From positions 1 to 64,000 of IMG/VR virus record IMGVR_UViG_3300032282_002092: 64,000 bases of DNA. One strand, 5' to 3'. The position numbers and the translations under genes are program-made. Below, piece by piece: positions 27,023 to 40,291 of this stretch; positions within the stretch are counted from its first letter, which is position 1, and every line of letters starts with the position of its first letter. A model generated the notes under the pieces. That model did not search any database. It was not told the DNA's origin and saw nothing but the letters and a program-made list of their open reading frames with translations. Origin of the DNA: a virus.

Positions 27023-27879
27023 GTCTGAATCCAGAGTGTCCCAGCGGGATACAGAGAGGCATTCAAACCGGTTCCACCAATGACGACTCCCGCCACGCTT
27101 ACAGCGACAGCACCAGCGCCATTTGTCTTGATGGTGAACGTGTCGGCAACTAATGCCAATGCACTGGCGATACTGATTGATGCGGCAGAGCCATTAGAAA
27201 TCGTGCTTGAAGCAAGGCCGAGATTTCCTACAGTTAAAGTGGTCCCGGCTATAGCACCGGTTGAACCAGTTAAAGAGATGTTACTGCCGACAGAAATGGT
27301 GCCACTGGAAAGACTGGTTGCAGTGGCGGCACCTAGGATGGAAGTGTTGCCAGAAAGAGTAGTAGTAGTTACCGTACTAGCACTAACAATATTAGCGTTA
27401 GTTGTACCGGTAAAGTTAACGGTACCGGAGGTAGAAAACCCTGTTGCTGTTACTGACTTGTCCACAATAAGTGCAGTACTACTGGTTGTTAAAGTAACTG
27501 CTCCTCCAGTATTGATCTGTACGTCTGCACCAACAGTAAGCACCGGGCCACTTCCCAGTGTCACGGTAGATCCCGTCATGCTGATAACAGTTGAACCGTC
27601 GTATCCCAATGCAACGGTAGATCCACCGGTATCCACAACATTGAACTTGATTGGTGAGATCAGAGCGTGAGACGTTCCGGTCTTGTCCTTCCAGTACAAA
27701 GCGCCGTTGTCGCCAGAGGCGATGTAATAGATAGAGCCGTTCTCCACATCTGTTGAGCCGGGAGTACTGGTAAAGCGCTGAACGGTGCGATTCTCCAGCC
27801 ATTTGGCATCAGCGGCACGCCAGTTGTCTTGGTAGTCAGTCCATGTCGCTTTTCCGGTGATCGGAAGAATGCTAGTCAT
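27019..27879 (-). CDS. tail fibre-like protein (Ser/Thr/Gly-rich beta repeats)
   Basis: Low-complexity T/S/G sequence; C-terminal PAGTLWIQ. Confidence 0.65.
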   Translation of the reverse strand: MTSILPITGKATWTDYQDNWRAADAKWLENRTVQRFTSTPGSTDVENGSIYYIASGDNGALYWKDKTGTSHALISPIKFNVVDTGGSTVALGYDGSTVISMTGSTVTLGSGPVLTVGADVQINTGGAVTLTTSSTALIVDKSVTATGFSTSGTVNFTGTTNANIVSASTVTTTTLSGNTSILGAATATSLSSGTISVGSNISLTGSTGAIAGTTLTVGNLGLASSTISNGSAASISIASALALVADTFTIKTNGAGAVAVSVAGVVIGGTGLNASLYPAGTLWIQT

Positions 27880-27888
27880 ACTTACTCC

Positions 27889-28986
27889 CTAGATGAGACT
27901 GATTAGTTCAGGCCACAGTCTTCTCGTAATTATACCAGTCTGCTTTAGTCCGGTGTCAGCCTGTATCTGCTTAACCGCTGCCTTTGTAGCAGCATCGAAT
28001 ATTCCGGTAATAGGTACCGAGTAACCGTTGGCAACTAATTTGGTTTGTGCGTAACTTACCCTATCACTTTGCATACCGTATTTAAGAAGTGGGTAAGGAT
28101 TATTATACATTGACGGGGGAGGCTGTATCAACGGGGATCCCGCAACCCACGCGTCCAGTACGGACTGCTTAACGAGATTGACATCTAGGTCGTAGGACTT
28201 AGCGCCGTACTCACGCCCGATTCTTGGGCCGTTAGAGGCGAACTGCCAAGCAGCCCATTTACCGTCATTAGCGGTCCACCCCTTAGGTACGAGTTGGTTA
28301 AGAGTATTATCCCTCTGTTCCGTAACAAGGTTATGCCACGTAGTGGAATCGTGCAGGTTGACAGAACCACCGGGCTTTAGCAGGTAGTCCCAACCCGGTC
28401 CACCGTTATATGGCCCTAAGCACCAGTATGGAATAATGATATCACATCGACCGGGTCCCCTATTCTGGCCCAAGTTCGATCCATCGGCCTTGGCTACAAC
28501 CTTGTGACCATACTTGTCGTCTGGAAGACGGCAGTACTTGTTCCACGCAGCCGTGCTGGTGTAGATGATTGGTGTCCGCTGAAGACCTTCCTCAACGGTG
28601 TTGATGAAATCATCAAACCAGAAGTACATATCCTTACCGTAAAGCGCTGGATATTTTCTGGTGTATTTGTTTGACTTTTCATAGTTCTCAAAGTCAACCA
28701 TTAACGGAAGGTCGCCAAGTCCGAGGTCCTGAGATCGCTTTACGGCGATCTCTCCCTGACGCTTGGCATTACTGTCATCCATAGGATTTATGAACCAATA
28801 ATGGCTGTACTTAATGCCTGCTGCGCGAGCCTTACTACAATATTCAGTAGTAAATGGTAATTTGGTATTATTACCAATACCTATCTCTATGAACATGTAG
28901 TCAATGCCTTTTGACTTCATCTTTTCAAAGTCAACACGGCCTTGCCACTGAGCGATGTCTGCTAGCGGAACATACGTCTCTGTCAC
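27889..28986 (-). CDS. endolysin: GH25 muramidase + peptidoglycan-binding domain
   Basis: DIAQWQG, MVDFE, PIIYT, WQF, DLDVN; C-terminal G.FD.AT..AV..IQ...GL..TG. Confidence 0.88.
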   Translation of the reverse strand: MTETYVPLADIAQWQGRVDFEKMKSKGIDYMFIEIGIGNNTKLPFTTEYCSKARAAGIKYSHYWFINPMDDSNAKRQGEIAVKRSQDLGLGDLPLMVDFENYEKSNKYTRKYPALYGKDMYFWFDDFINTVEEGLQRTPIIYTSTAAWNKYCRLPDDKYGHKVVAKADGSNLGQNRGPGRCDIIIPYWCLGPYNGGPGWDYLLKPGGSVNLHDSTTWHNLVTEQRDNTLNQLVPKGWTANDGKWAAWQFASNGPRIGREYGAKSYDLDVNLVKQSVLDAWVAGSPLIQPPPSMYNNPYPLLKYGMQSDRVSYAQTKLVANGYSVPITGIFDAATKAAVKQIQADTGLKQTGIITRRLWPELISLI

Positions 28987-29780
28987 CCAAGCGCCGCCCA
29001 CGTCGCTGCGTCAACGATGCCGGTTTCTGGCAGTGCGCTGTGCAACTGGAACGCCTTGACTGCTGTCTGAGTACGGGGACCAAACTGCCCATCCGCAAGG
29101 AGTGTGTAGCCCTTCTTGGTCAACTTCTCCTGAAGAATCTTTACGTCAGCACCGGAGTCACCAACCTGAAGCACCGGCTGTGTCGGCGGCGCTGCGGGAT
29201 CTGGGTAATGACCTTCCTCTGCAATAACAGCGGGCGGCATAGGCCCATCGCCAAGTACCCAACACCAATGCCAATTCTCGCTTTTTGTAGTATTAAAAAA
29301 GCCAAAATCTGGGGCGTTGTTTGCTAGCCACGCCAACGTACGGTCATCAAGATTGACTGTAATACCAAGTGAGTTCTTGCGCGCCCAGTCAATTGCACAG
29401 CCTTTGCCATGATTAGAAGTGCCCGGTTTCGCTGCTCCAGCAACAGGATTACCGTAGCGATTCTTCTTTAGGTACCACCATGTGCCCTGCCAGAATTCCT
29501 TGCGCCACGGAGCGGGCTTGGGGATCTTGTCATAGCGCTTATTGAATAGTGTGACCTGACCGGCGAAACTACGATATGGACTCCCACTGGTCCACAGTTT
29601 GATGCCGTCCCGCTTGGCACGCTGCATGAGAGCACGGTGTGCTCTAGCCGCCTCACGGACCATGACAAAATTACCAATACCGCACTTCTCCAAGATGCTG
29701 CTTGGCAACTGACCGTTGTCATAGCCCTTGGCGCAAGTGGGGGTAGTTACTGCGGATTCTGGCTTGTAGGGAAGGTCCAT
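28983..29780 (-). CDS. endolysin: M15 zinc peptidase + peptidoglycan-binding domain
   Basis: YRS..Q, PGTSNHGKGCAID, ENWHW; C-terminal DGQFGPRTQTAVKAFQ...GIVD..TW; AGGAG RBS. Confidence 0.88.
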   Translation of the reverse strand: MDLPYKPESAVTTPTCAKGYDNGQLPSSILEKCGIGNFVMVREAARAHRALMQRAKRDGIKLWTSGSPYRSFAGQVTLFNKRYDKIPKPAPWRKEFWQGTWWYLKKNRYGNPVAGAAKPGTSNHGKGCAIDWARKNSLGITVNLDDRTLAWLANNAPDFGFFNTTKSENWHWCWVLGDGPMPPAVIAEEGHYPDPAAPPTQPVLQVGDSGADVKILQEKLTKKGYTLLADGQFGPRTQTAVKAFQLHSALPETGIVDAATWAALG

Positions 29781-29785
29781 GTCTC

Positions 29786-30883
29786 CTACTTTCTGGGGGC
29801 GTACCACCCATTGCTTCCGTCCCTCAGGGACTCAAGACGTGTTAACCAATTATCGTACATATCAGCGCATTTGTCTATGCCACATAAGTTTATGGCCCGG
29901 TTACGCCAATGGTTTCCACGAGTCAACTGGGCTAGTTCTACGGACTCAATGGCCTGCTCCATATTCCGGTACCGGTATGGGGGAGGAAGCGTTTCGGTAA
30001 ACACTCCATAATCGGGAGCGACTACACCGACACCTGACATCATGGCCTCTGCGTGGACACCTTCCCACGGCCCGATATACAAAGTGGGACAAATAAATAC
30101 TTCGGCTTCCGCAAATAACTTCTTGCGTGCCTCACCGGTAACACCGCCAATGTGCTCAATATCCCCAGTAATGACAGTGCCATCGGTAGCCACTACCTTG
30201 CCCGGTTCTTGGTGAGCCACCCCACCACCAGCCATGATCAGTTTCAGTCCCGCTGCATTGGCGATCTGTGCAGCAACATGCGGCCCCTTGCGGTGTATAA
30301 GACGGCCCACAAACAGTGCGTACCCCTGTGACTCTGCCTTGTACCACTCGTTGGGATCAACAGCATTGGGGATCACCACATCGAACGCACGGCCATCACC
30401 GATTCCATATGCCCCATATCGGTTGTGCATCCACGCATATGACTCATAACAGGCAAATGTGTCCTTGGAAATGCCCTCGTAGCCGACCCCCGGTTCGATG
30501 ACCGTGTACTGGTCCTTGTACTTGGCAATCAGTTCGTGGCTGATAGAACCGCCAATAAAGCCGATGATGTCGCCGGGTTTCAGGGCGTTATCCAAGTGAG
30601 TAACAGCACGCTCATGGAACAGTTGCCAGTACGGAAGGCTGGACACCCACTCAATCTTGGGCAGTTCGGAAGGTTCCCAGACCCCGAAAAACTGTTCCTG
30701 TTCATCCCTTGACAGGCAGGAGACATCACCTTTGTCACCGCCCCAATAGACTGTTACGTCCCAGTTCTTAGAGCGCAGCATTCTGGCAAGTCTTACGGCC
30801 TTTGCCGTGAAAGCACAGTATGAGAATTCGTTGTCGTCAAACTGTGTGTGGGGGAGGCCGACTAGGTGAATAGTGGGTCGCAT
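29786..30883 (-). CDS. GT-B (GT4-like) glycosyltransferase
   Basis: VIPNAVD, LFVGRLIHRKG, EAMMSG..V. Confidence 0.88.
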   Translation of the reverse strand: MRPTIHLVGLPHTQFDDNEFSYCAFTAKAVRLARMLRSKNWDVTVYWGGDKGDVSCLSRDEQEQFFGVWEPSELPKIEWVSSLPYWQLFHERAVTHLDNALKPGDIIGFIGGSISHELIAKYKDQYTVIEPGVGYEGISKDTFACYESYAWMHNRYGAYGIGDGRAFDVVIPNAVDPNEWYKAESQGYALFVGRLIHRKGPHVAAQIANAAGLKLIMAGGGVAHQEPGKVVATDGTVITGDIEHIGGVTGEARKKLFAEAEVFICPTLYIGPWEGVHAEAMMSGVGVVAPDYGVFTETLPPPYRYRNMEQAIESVELAQLTRGNHWRNRAINLCGIDKCADMYDNWLTRLESLRDGSNGWYAPRK

Positions 30884-30899
30884 GTCGCTCACTTTATCG

Positions 30900-30905
30900 T
30901 ATACT
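30900..30905 (+). promoter_or_regulatory. -10 box (TATACT) of a leaderless gene
   Basis: 7 nt upstream of ATG 30913 with no RBS; lies in the 29-bp divergent spacer. Confidence 0.6.
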
Positions 30906-30912
30906 TTCGCAC

Positions 30913-31492
30913 ATGACTTGGAACCAAGAGCAGGAGTGGGAACGTCAGTGGTGGGGAGACTGCACCAACACATTTGCCGAGGAAACCAAGCAGATCACCT
31001 ACGCACACCGCATGGGACTCCAGAACTTGTCAGATGGAGCGCATTGGCCGCTTTACCACCTGAATGGGAAGTCAATACTTGACATTGGAGGTGGCCCGGT
31101 TTCCATGCTCCTCAAGACTGATGGTGGTGGTTACCGCAAGGTGGTTGACCCGTGCCGTTACCCGGCTTGGGTTTACGCACGTTACGAGATTGCTGGCATC
31201 AACTGGGACATCGCACCGGGGGAGAACTTCGACCTGTCACAGACATACGACGAGGTTTGGATATACAACGTCTTGCAGCACACCGATGACCCTGAGGTGA
31301 TCATCGCAAACGCCCGAGAGGTTGCCCATACGATCCGCATCTTTGAGTGGATCGACATCCCGGCACACCCCGGCCATCCGCAGATGTTGACCAAGGTCAA
31401 GTTGGACGAGTGGCTACAGGGTGATGGGACTGTCGAAGACTTCCGTTGGAAACCTGAGAACGGATGCAACCAAGTCGCTTACTACGGTGTAT

Positions 31493-31509
<17 letters not shown>
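30913..31509 (+). CDS. class I SAM-dependent methyltransferase
   Basis: [28 protein letters not shown]. Confidence 0.88.
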
Positions 31510-34237
<2,728 letters not shown>

Positions 34238-34239
34238 AC

Positions 34240-34749
34240 TCAGACCGTAATACGGAACAACCCATTAACGTGCCAAACAATGGTGAGCGTGCCGTTAGAG
34301 ACACTATTCGGGCCACCGAAATAATTGAAGCACACACCTTGGTTCTGGGCAGCAACTTCCGTGCAGTACAGCAGGCTTCCGTAGACATCGGTAAGCGTGG
34401 TGTCACTAGCAGTACTGGAAGTGTCATCAATATCAAACATGATGACCCCGGTAGCAGGGCTGGTTAAGGACATACCTTCAGCGACAATACCACCCTGTGC
34501 CCACTTACCGGCTTGGTATTTCTCGTTAGCGGTCACCCACGCACTATCGGCACCGTCGTATTTGGTCAGCGTGGTACGAGCAGCGTCGTTAGCACCGGTC
34601 GGATCGACCTCAGGAAGTGCGCTGTTGCCATACAGTGCAACACTTAAACCATCATTGAGAAGGTCAATACCCTTGACAGCCCCATTGAAAGCAAGGTTGT
34701 GCTCAATGAACGTACGGAAGATACCGGAACCAGCAGAAGACCAAGACAT
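34240..34749 (-). CDS. small virion structural protein
   Basis: IDLLND.L.VALY, Y.AG, FGG...V.NG.LTI.W; AGGAG RBS. Confidence 0.65.
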   Translation of the reverse strand: MSWSSAGSGIFRTFIEHNLAFNGAVKGIDLLNDGLSVALYGNSALPEVDPTGANDAARTTLTKYDGADSAWVTANEKYQAGKWAQGGIVAEGMSLTSPATGVIMFDIDDTSSTASDTTLTDVYGSLLYCTEVAAQNQGVCFNYFGGPNSVSNGTLTIVWHVNGLFRITV

Positions 34750-34751
34750 GA

Positions 34752-35096
34752 CTAACTCCTTAGATTGAGATTTGTGGACGGTGCAAGGATAACGCAATCC
34801 TCACCATCGTTACGCTTTACAGACACAGATTGAATGATATTACCATCACCATCGGTAACCGCGATATCCTTCTTAATATAGTCCTCACGATAGTTTACCT
34901 GAAGACGGCCCTGCACACCGGCCTCAACGAAGGGCACCCACGCCCCACGCAGACTGGCACACTGGTGCATCTGGGTATGGGGATCAGACATCTTTGTGAC
35001 GTGGGTCTTGCCACATTCGGGGCAGTACCAGTTCTTGGGGGGGCTGTTCAGGATCACTCCACCGAACGCTGACGCTTTGCCGTTTGCCATGCTCAT
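34752..35096 (-). CDS. hypothetical protein with CxxC
   Basis: WYCPECG...MHQC; lies in the structural operon. Confidence 0.6.
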   Translation of the reverse strand: MSMANGKASAFGGVILNSPPKNWYCPECGKTHVTKMSDPHTQMHQCASLRGAWVPFVEAGVQGRLQVNYREDYIKKDIAVTDGDGNIIQSVSVKRNDGEDCVILAPSTNLNLRS

Positions 35097-35101
35097 AGTC
35101 T

Positions 35102-35638
35102 CTACTCCTCAGTATCCCTAGGTGGAAACCACGCTAGCGGAGTGGAGTCCAGATTTAGTTCATCTGAATGGTGTATTTCTATTCCACCAACACCGATGAT
35201 GATGTCCTCGCCCTGTAACCGGCCCCTAATCTGGAAGTTGCTAATCCCATAAAAACGGCCATCATAAAAGATGATGTCATTCAGACGATCATCGTGCCAG
35301 ACCTCTGAAGCGGAATGATCCCAGACACGCCCACCGTGCGCTTCCGTAACAGAAATTCCACATTCCCAGAGTGACCGGGCACCTACGGCAAACCGCACGT
35401 TTTGGGTCGCACGACGGCCCTCAGCCGTGAGATATTCGGAGTCTTCCTGCTGGTCAATCCAGAGGACTGGCACTTTCACGGGCGGCAGATACTGGCGGTA
35501 ACCCTCGTCGTAAATGGAGTCGTACTGACTGGTAACGGTATCAAACTGATACCACGCAACCGATTCACCGAAGTTTTTCTGGTAACGCTGGAACTGCTTA
35601 TGGATATGTGCGGCCTCACGGCGCGCATCGACGGCCAT
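35102..35638 (-). CDS. head closure/neck protein (putative)
   Basis: DSIYDEG, DRLNDIIFYDGRFY; TGATG coupling; position after the adaptor gene. Confidence 0.6.
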   Translation of the reverse strand: MAVDARREAAHIHKQFQRYQKNFGESVAWYQFDTVTSQYDSIYDEGYRQYLPPVKVPVLWIDQQEDSEYLTAEGRRATQNVRFAVGARSLWECGISVTEAHGGRVWDHSASEVWHDDRLNDIIFYDGRFYGISNFQIRGRLQGEDIIIGVGGIEIHHSDELNLDSTPLAWFPPRDTEE

Positions 35639-36522
35639 CAGCCGGTTCCTGACGTACCGAGCGTCTGCCACTCACCAAAGCCAAAGTCAACAGAGGCACG
35701 CCCGATCTCCTCAACATCCGCAACCTCTACGCCAGAGCCGTCAGCAGGACCGGGGGCCGAGGTAAGCCCAACGGGAATTTCGGGCCTAATGCGCACGGGA
35801 GCATTGTGGTCGTCGTATTCCTGCGAACGATAAATAGGCACATACCGGTTAGTCATGTAAGCCACCCGACGTAGGGAGAAGATATCGATGTTTCCAAGAC
35901 CCACGTTGAGGATCTTGGTCCTGTCTGAGTAAATGCCCTCCCAATGCTGGAGCATCTGCCACAACTGCTGGAATCGCTGGTGTGCTGGAATTGACATACC
36001 CTCAGGAGATGCGACATCGATATCCGTGGAGAATTCCGTCATCAGCGACCATATCGCTTTTACGATGGCACCGATAGCAATAACGTCCAATTCTACTGGC
36101 GATATCTGATCAAGGTTTCCGTCCCCTGCCGGGAAACGGTTGTGCATGTGCTCATCGACAACGAGGCCAACGTAGAACGCCAGATCACTGTCGATGAACC
36201 ACTGGAAGTGATATCCAGATATAAAGATCCGCTTACCCATGTACGTGTTGTCCACGAACTTGAGAAGACCATTGCGCTCATCAACGGCCCACTTATTGGT
36301 GGGTACTGCGCTCAGGGACACCGTTTCCGTAGATACGGTGTCAGGACCGGGCTGCACGGCTGCATATACCTGAAGCGTCCGTGCATCAACATTGGGGTGC
36401 GGCAACCGAATGGTGGACACATTGACTGGACCAAGATCAGTCTCAAAGAAGATCGGGAAATCTCGCAGCATGTTGCGGGTGCTGCTGACGATGCCGTCTA
36501 CGGTGGGTGCGGTAATAGCCAT
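35638..36522 (-). CDS. head-tail adaptor protein (putative)
   Basis: TDIDVASPEGMSIP..QRFQQL, LRRV...TNRYVPIY..QEYDD. Confidence 0.65.
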   Translation of the reverse strand: MAITAPTVDGIVSSTRNMLRDFPIFFETDLGPVNVSTIRLPHPNVDARTLQVYAAVQPGPDTVSTETVSLSAVPTNKWAVDERNGLLKFVDNTYMGKRIFISGYHFQWFIDSDLAFYVGLVVDEHMHNRFPAGDGNLDQISPVELDVIAIGAIVKAIWSLMTEFSTDIDVASPEGMSIPAHQRFQQLWQMLQHWEGIYSDRTKILNVGLGNIDIFSLRRVAYMTNRYVPIYRSQEYDDHNAPVRIRPEIPVGLTSAPGPADGSGVEVADVEEIGRASVDFGFGEWQTLGTSGTG

Positions 36523-36917
36523 TAGAACTGGAACCATTCGCCAACGGTGTCGATATCGGTTGCACCGAACGGATACACGGTTACACCAGTGGTCACTTCG
36601 CCAGAATCGAACTGAGCGTTGAAGAACACCAGCGGCTTGTTGGTGGAGTCCGTAAGGATAATGTCATAGATGCCCATAGGAACATCTGGGATAACTACCG
36701 GAAGGCTGGACGCTACGCCGGTAGACGACAGCGTCCCACCAGTGAGTTCCCCATACGAAACGGTAGTACCACCAGCCGCCTCAATATCGGGAATTGAGGC
36801 ATGGTCGCTACTGAAGGTATAACCACTCACGGCATGAAGCCGAAACGTGCCGTTCTCCCAGTCAAGACCGGTCGTACCGGACAGGTACCGGAGATAGTCG
36901 TACTTAGCGTCAGCCAT
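36522..36917 (-). CDS. small virion structural protein
   Basis: LDWENGTFRL; weak resemblance to 34240..34749. Confidence 0.6.
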   Translation of the reverse strand: MADAKYDYLRYLSGTTGLDWENGTFRLHAVSGYTFSSDHASIPDIEAAGGTTVSYGELTGGTLSSTGVASSLPVVIPDVPMGIYDIILTDSTNKPLVFFNAQFDSGEVTTGVTVYPFGATDIDTVGEWFQF

Positions 36918-37827
36918 GTGTCACGTCCTTGGAAAACTTGAACACACCATACCGCAGCGTACTAATCACGCCGTCGCTATCAGTTTCCTGAATGTCGTAG
37001 TAGTAACGACCCTGCTCGGCCCCGGCGGTTTCAAGTCGAACCTTAATCACTCCAGTGGCTGCGCTTGACGTATCAAACGTGGCGCTAAATGCAGGAGAAA
37101 CGTCATCCTTCAGGCGGCGCAACTGCATCTCGTAGGTGCAGTCCGACTTATTGATAACCCCATTAGAAGCGGTACGGAACGTCAGGGTACGGGTCCAAGT
37201 GTCCCCAGTGAACATTGCGTAGTTAGCACGTACCGGATTAACACGGTTATCGCCGTACAAATACTCGTCGGATAGGTGTGAGACACCCTGTCGAACCGTC
37301 ACACGGCTTTCGGGAATGACGGTAAACGAGTCACCAGAGTTGGTCGTGATTTCCAAGTCCCACACTCCCTGCGTGATCTGTGATGCCATCCAATGCGTTT
37401 CGTCTGGGGAAAGCGTTAAGCGCAGCGATCCCGTAGGACCGTCCAGAACCTCATAATCGAAATCTCCCAGAACGGTGGTGGCTTTTCGATTGGCCTTGAT
37501 CTGTGCCGTAAAACTGGCGTTAGTGATGTCCTGAACCTCATCGTTCAAGGTCACGATGATATCTAGGATAAAGGTTCTACCACCAATAATGCCTAAAGGC
37601 ATAGCATCACCATAATAATTAGGTGATGTAAACAGAGGAATTGCATCGTACCTAGGCTGACCTAACAAGATGTCACTTCCTTCCGAAAAAACCGACGTAG
37701 TTGTGGCAATACGATTATACCCGTCAACTCCACTACGGAAAGCCACACGAATCCCGGTCTGGGCAAGCACTGCTGCCCCAAACCCTTCGGCGGTAACATC
37801 CGCTAATTCACCGTCTACATCAGCCAC
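36910..37827 (-). CDS. virion protein with two tandem BppU-like Ig domains
   Basis: Two repeats of G.TF/W...G...L.L....T...G.W/YD.E. Confidence 0.65.
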   Translation of the reverse strand: MADVDGELADVTAEGFGAAVLAQTGIRVAFRSGVDGYNRIATTTSVFSEGSDILLGQPRYDAIPLFTSPNYYGDAMPLGIIGGRTFILDIIVTLNDEVQDITNASFTAQIKANRKATTVLGDFDYEVLDGPTGSLRLTLSPDETHWMASQITQGVWDLEITTNSGDSFTVIPESRVTVRQGVSHLSDEYLYGDNRVNPVRANYAMFTGDTWTRTLTFRTASNGVINKSDCTYEMQLRRLKDDVSPAFSATFDTSSAATGVIKVRLETAGAEQGRYYYDIQETDSDGVISTLRYGVFKFSKDVTHG

Positions 37828-39442
37828 GGATATAAGTGTACACCGTCAGATACGGCGGCATCACACTAAAACTCTGTCCTTTACCAACACTAACCTCTGT
37901 AATAGAGTGTTTATGGGCACTATTTACAATGTTATCATCCGTAAATGAAATAGTGTGACTATGCGCACCATCTGTACTAATTGTATGCGAATGATTTGAG
38001 AGGTTAGAGTCGTTGACCTTAAGATTGGTCTTGTTAGAGGCAGTGGATTGCGCAGTCCACGTATAGTGGCTGTGGCCGGTATCGGTCTTCCACGGATCAA
38101 GTCGTGAATCCCACCACCTCGCACCCTCTTCGTTGTACTGAGGTGTGTACTCACCAACAATGAACTGAGGAGGATTGTTGTTGGAAGAGTAATTGGTGGC
38201 GTTATGAAAGTGAGGATTCTCAGTTACATCGTGTGCATGCTTACCGGTGCCAGCCACAGTGCTGCCGCCGTGATTGTGTGAACCCTGAGTCGCTGCGGCC
38301 ACGCTGTGCGTGTGCTTGCCGTCCGTTGTAGACGTGACATTGTGTGCATGCGCAGGAATGTTGTCTGTCGTCAAGGTAATGGTTCCATTGGGAACGCCGC
38401 CCAACGTGGCAGCGTTTGCACCAACACCGAGCAGCATACGGTTCCTTGCATCGGGAAGGACCATCGACACTGGGTTATCGTCCACAAACGTAATAGCAGA
38501 TTGCAGAGCAGCAATGCTGAACAGTTGAGCATAACCAGCGCTATACGCCAGCGTCTGACCGACGAGGGGAATCCACGAACCGGATATTAATGCCATCTCA
38601 GATGGCGCAAGCATGGACTGGATAACGGTGCCAACCGGGGTGATGTCATTTGGAGTGACGATCTCTTCCCAACTGTTATTGCGGCCCAGATAAACCTTTT
38701 CGCCCACACGCACGATCACGCCGTTAGTAACGGTTCCCGGTAATGCACTGAGGACTTTCAGGTTACTACCAGTTACCGTTCCTGTGGCCGCAATATTGCC
38801 GGTAGCCGTAATGGTGGTTGTGGAGGACAGTGCCTTTGCGGCCAGCGAACTGTTCGTCGTAAGCGCCATATCACCGCTTCGATACAGCGTGGCATTGTCG
38901 TCGGACCAGCCCAACTTTCCGTCAGCGTAGATCCTGAAACTGTCAGAACCATTGGTGCTGTTGGTGTTCTTGAAGATGATCTTGCTGGTATCCGTCTCAC
39001 TGCTGACGAATACCGGAGCGAGCATGTTCCGCTTGTCAATAACGTAGTTTGCGAGATTGGATTCAGAACTGGGACAGTACACAGACGCAAGCGCCACATG
39101 TTCCGAACTGATATCGGGGAATACCGGGTTAGCGCTTGACAGTCCCGCCACACCTTCTGCCTGCCCCGTGTTCTTTACACAGATGAGATAGAAACGGGCA
39201 GGGTCACCGACGTTCAAGGTGACTGATCCACCGGCCGTATACACCACAAGACCATCGACCAGCACGATGCCGGGGGCCACACTTGCGGTGGTCCCCGACA
39301 CCGTTACTGCGCAACCACGAATCACACCATAGCGGTTGTTACCGAGCGTATTGAAATCAATAGCGTCCGGTTCCGACATTACGGGCGCAACAACGTCCGT
39401 AGCGTTAGGGATAAAGAAACCGCTGTGGTTGAGACTAGACAT
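37820..39442 (-). CDS. tail fibre with collar domain and His-x-His needle
   Basis: PVGTVI...W....GQ...LPDAR, TLT..NIPAHAH, nine HxH motifs, MPPYL. Confidence 0.82.
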   Translation of the reverse strand: MSSLNHSGFFIPNATDVVAPVMSEPDAIDFNTLGNNRYGVIRGCAVTVSGTTASVAPGIVLVDGLVVYTAGGSVTLNVGDPARFYLICVKNTGQAEGVAGLSSANPVFPDISSEHVALASVYCPSSESNLANYVIDKRNMLAPVFVSSETDTSKIIFKNTNSTNGSDSFRIYADGKLGWSDDNATLYRSGDMALTTNSSLAAKALSSTTTITATGNIAATGTVTGSNLKVLSALPGTVTNGVIVRVGEKVYLGRNNSWEEIVTPNDITPVGTVIQSMLAPSEMALISGSWIPLVGQTLAYSAGYAQLFSIAALQSAITFVDDNPVSMVLPDARNRMLLGVGANAATLGGVPNGTITLTTDNIPAHAHNVTSTTDGKHTHSVAAATQGSHNHGGSTVAGTGKHAHDVTENPHFHNATNYSSNNNPPQFIVGEYTPQYNEEGARWWDSRLDPWKTDTGHSHYTWTAQSTASNKTNLKVNDSNLSNHSHTISTDGAHSHTISFTDDNIVNSAHKHSITEVSVGKGQSFSVMPPYLTVYTYIRG

Positions 39443-39452
39443 GGGTTATTCC

Positions 39453-39725
39453 TCAGTGCCAGACGTAGCCGAGGCCATCCAGATACTTGGCGATATGGAT
39501 CGGCATGCTGTAGCGCTTACCGGCTTCCAGTTTGTAATGGGTATTCGGGTCACCATAGGTGAAATCGTCAAGGGTAGTATTCATGCGAATCGTCACCTTG
39601 CTGTTCTTGTTGCCCTTAAGGTTCAGGGGCTGGACGGGATCGACCTCAATCTCCCGGTGTCCACCCATGAGATCAGCGGTAGTCGTGACCTCACCTGCGT
39701 CCTCAGTCTTCTGTCGCTGTGCCAC
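39453..39725 (-). CDS. conserved small capsid-region protein
   Basis: IRMN..L...TYG....Y.LEAGKRY..P..IA.YL..LGYVW. Confidence 0.7.
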   Translation of the reverse strand: MAQRQKTEDAGEVTTTADLMGGHREIEVDPVQPLNLKGNKNSKVTIRMNTTLDDFTYGDPNTHYKLEAGKRYSMPIHIAKYLDGLGYVWH

Positions 39726-39763
39726 TTTTTGTGCTCCTTTGTTAGTGGTTCGATAGGACTATA

Positions 39764-40282
39764 TCAGTCATTCCAATGCGTGCCGTCCCAAAAGATCGTA
39801 TACGTGCTTGTTGGAATACTGGAATCATCTCCAGTAGTCCAAGCGCCACGGCCACCTACGCCGGGACCGCCTACAATTGGAAGCGATGGTTTGCCCTCAA
39901 CGTCGTAGTTGGCCTCAACGTACTGACCTGACGGGATGACATCTGCGTATAGGTTGGTCGAACGGGGACCGGTTCCGTGGGCAAAGCGTGAGTTTCCGTT
40001 TCCTGCTACATACTTGACACGATCATACGAGTCCCAAGGTGCGTAACCGGACTGCCAATCAGAACCGTCCCAATATGCCCTGCTGGCGTTACCGAGCACG
40101 ATGTAGGAATCGTTAGCCCAACGCTGTGAACCAACGGGCAGTACCTTGGCCCGAAGTTCGGTCAGGTTTGCGGGATTCACTTCCGTAGGGCCACCGACAA
40201 AGTAACCGGGCCAACCCTCTACGGCACCATGCTCGTCATCATCGAACATGGTATTCGGACCATGAATAGTAATGATGCTCAT
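39764..40282 (-). CDS. putative capsid decoration protein (MSIxxxHG tag)
   Basis: N-terminus MSIITIHGPNTM; two WDG..W repeats; AGGAG RBS. Confidence 0.7.
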   Translation of the reverse strand: MSIITIHGPNTMFDDDEHGAVEGWPGYFVGGPTEVNPANLTELRAKVLPVGSQRWANDSYIVLGNASRAYWDGSDWQSGYAPWDSYDRVKYVAGNGNSRFAHGTGPRSTNLYADVIPSGQYVEANYDVEGKPSLPIVGGPGVGGRGAWTTGDDSSIPTSTYTIFWDGTHWND

Positions 40283-40291
40283 CTTGACTCC

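Noticed and set aside
27080-27670. 196-aa + strand Val/Pro-rich ORF
   Set aside because: Shadow of the Thr/Gly-rich fibre gene
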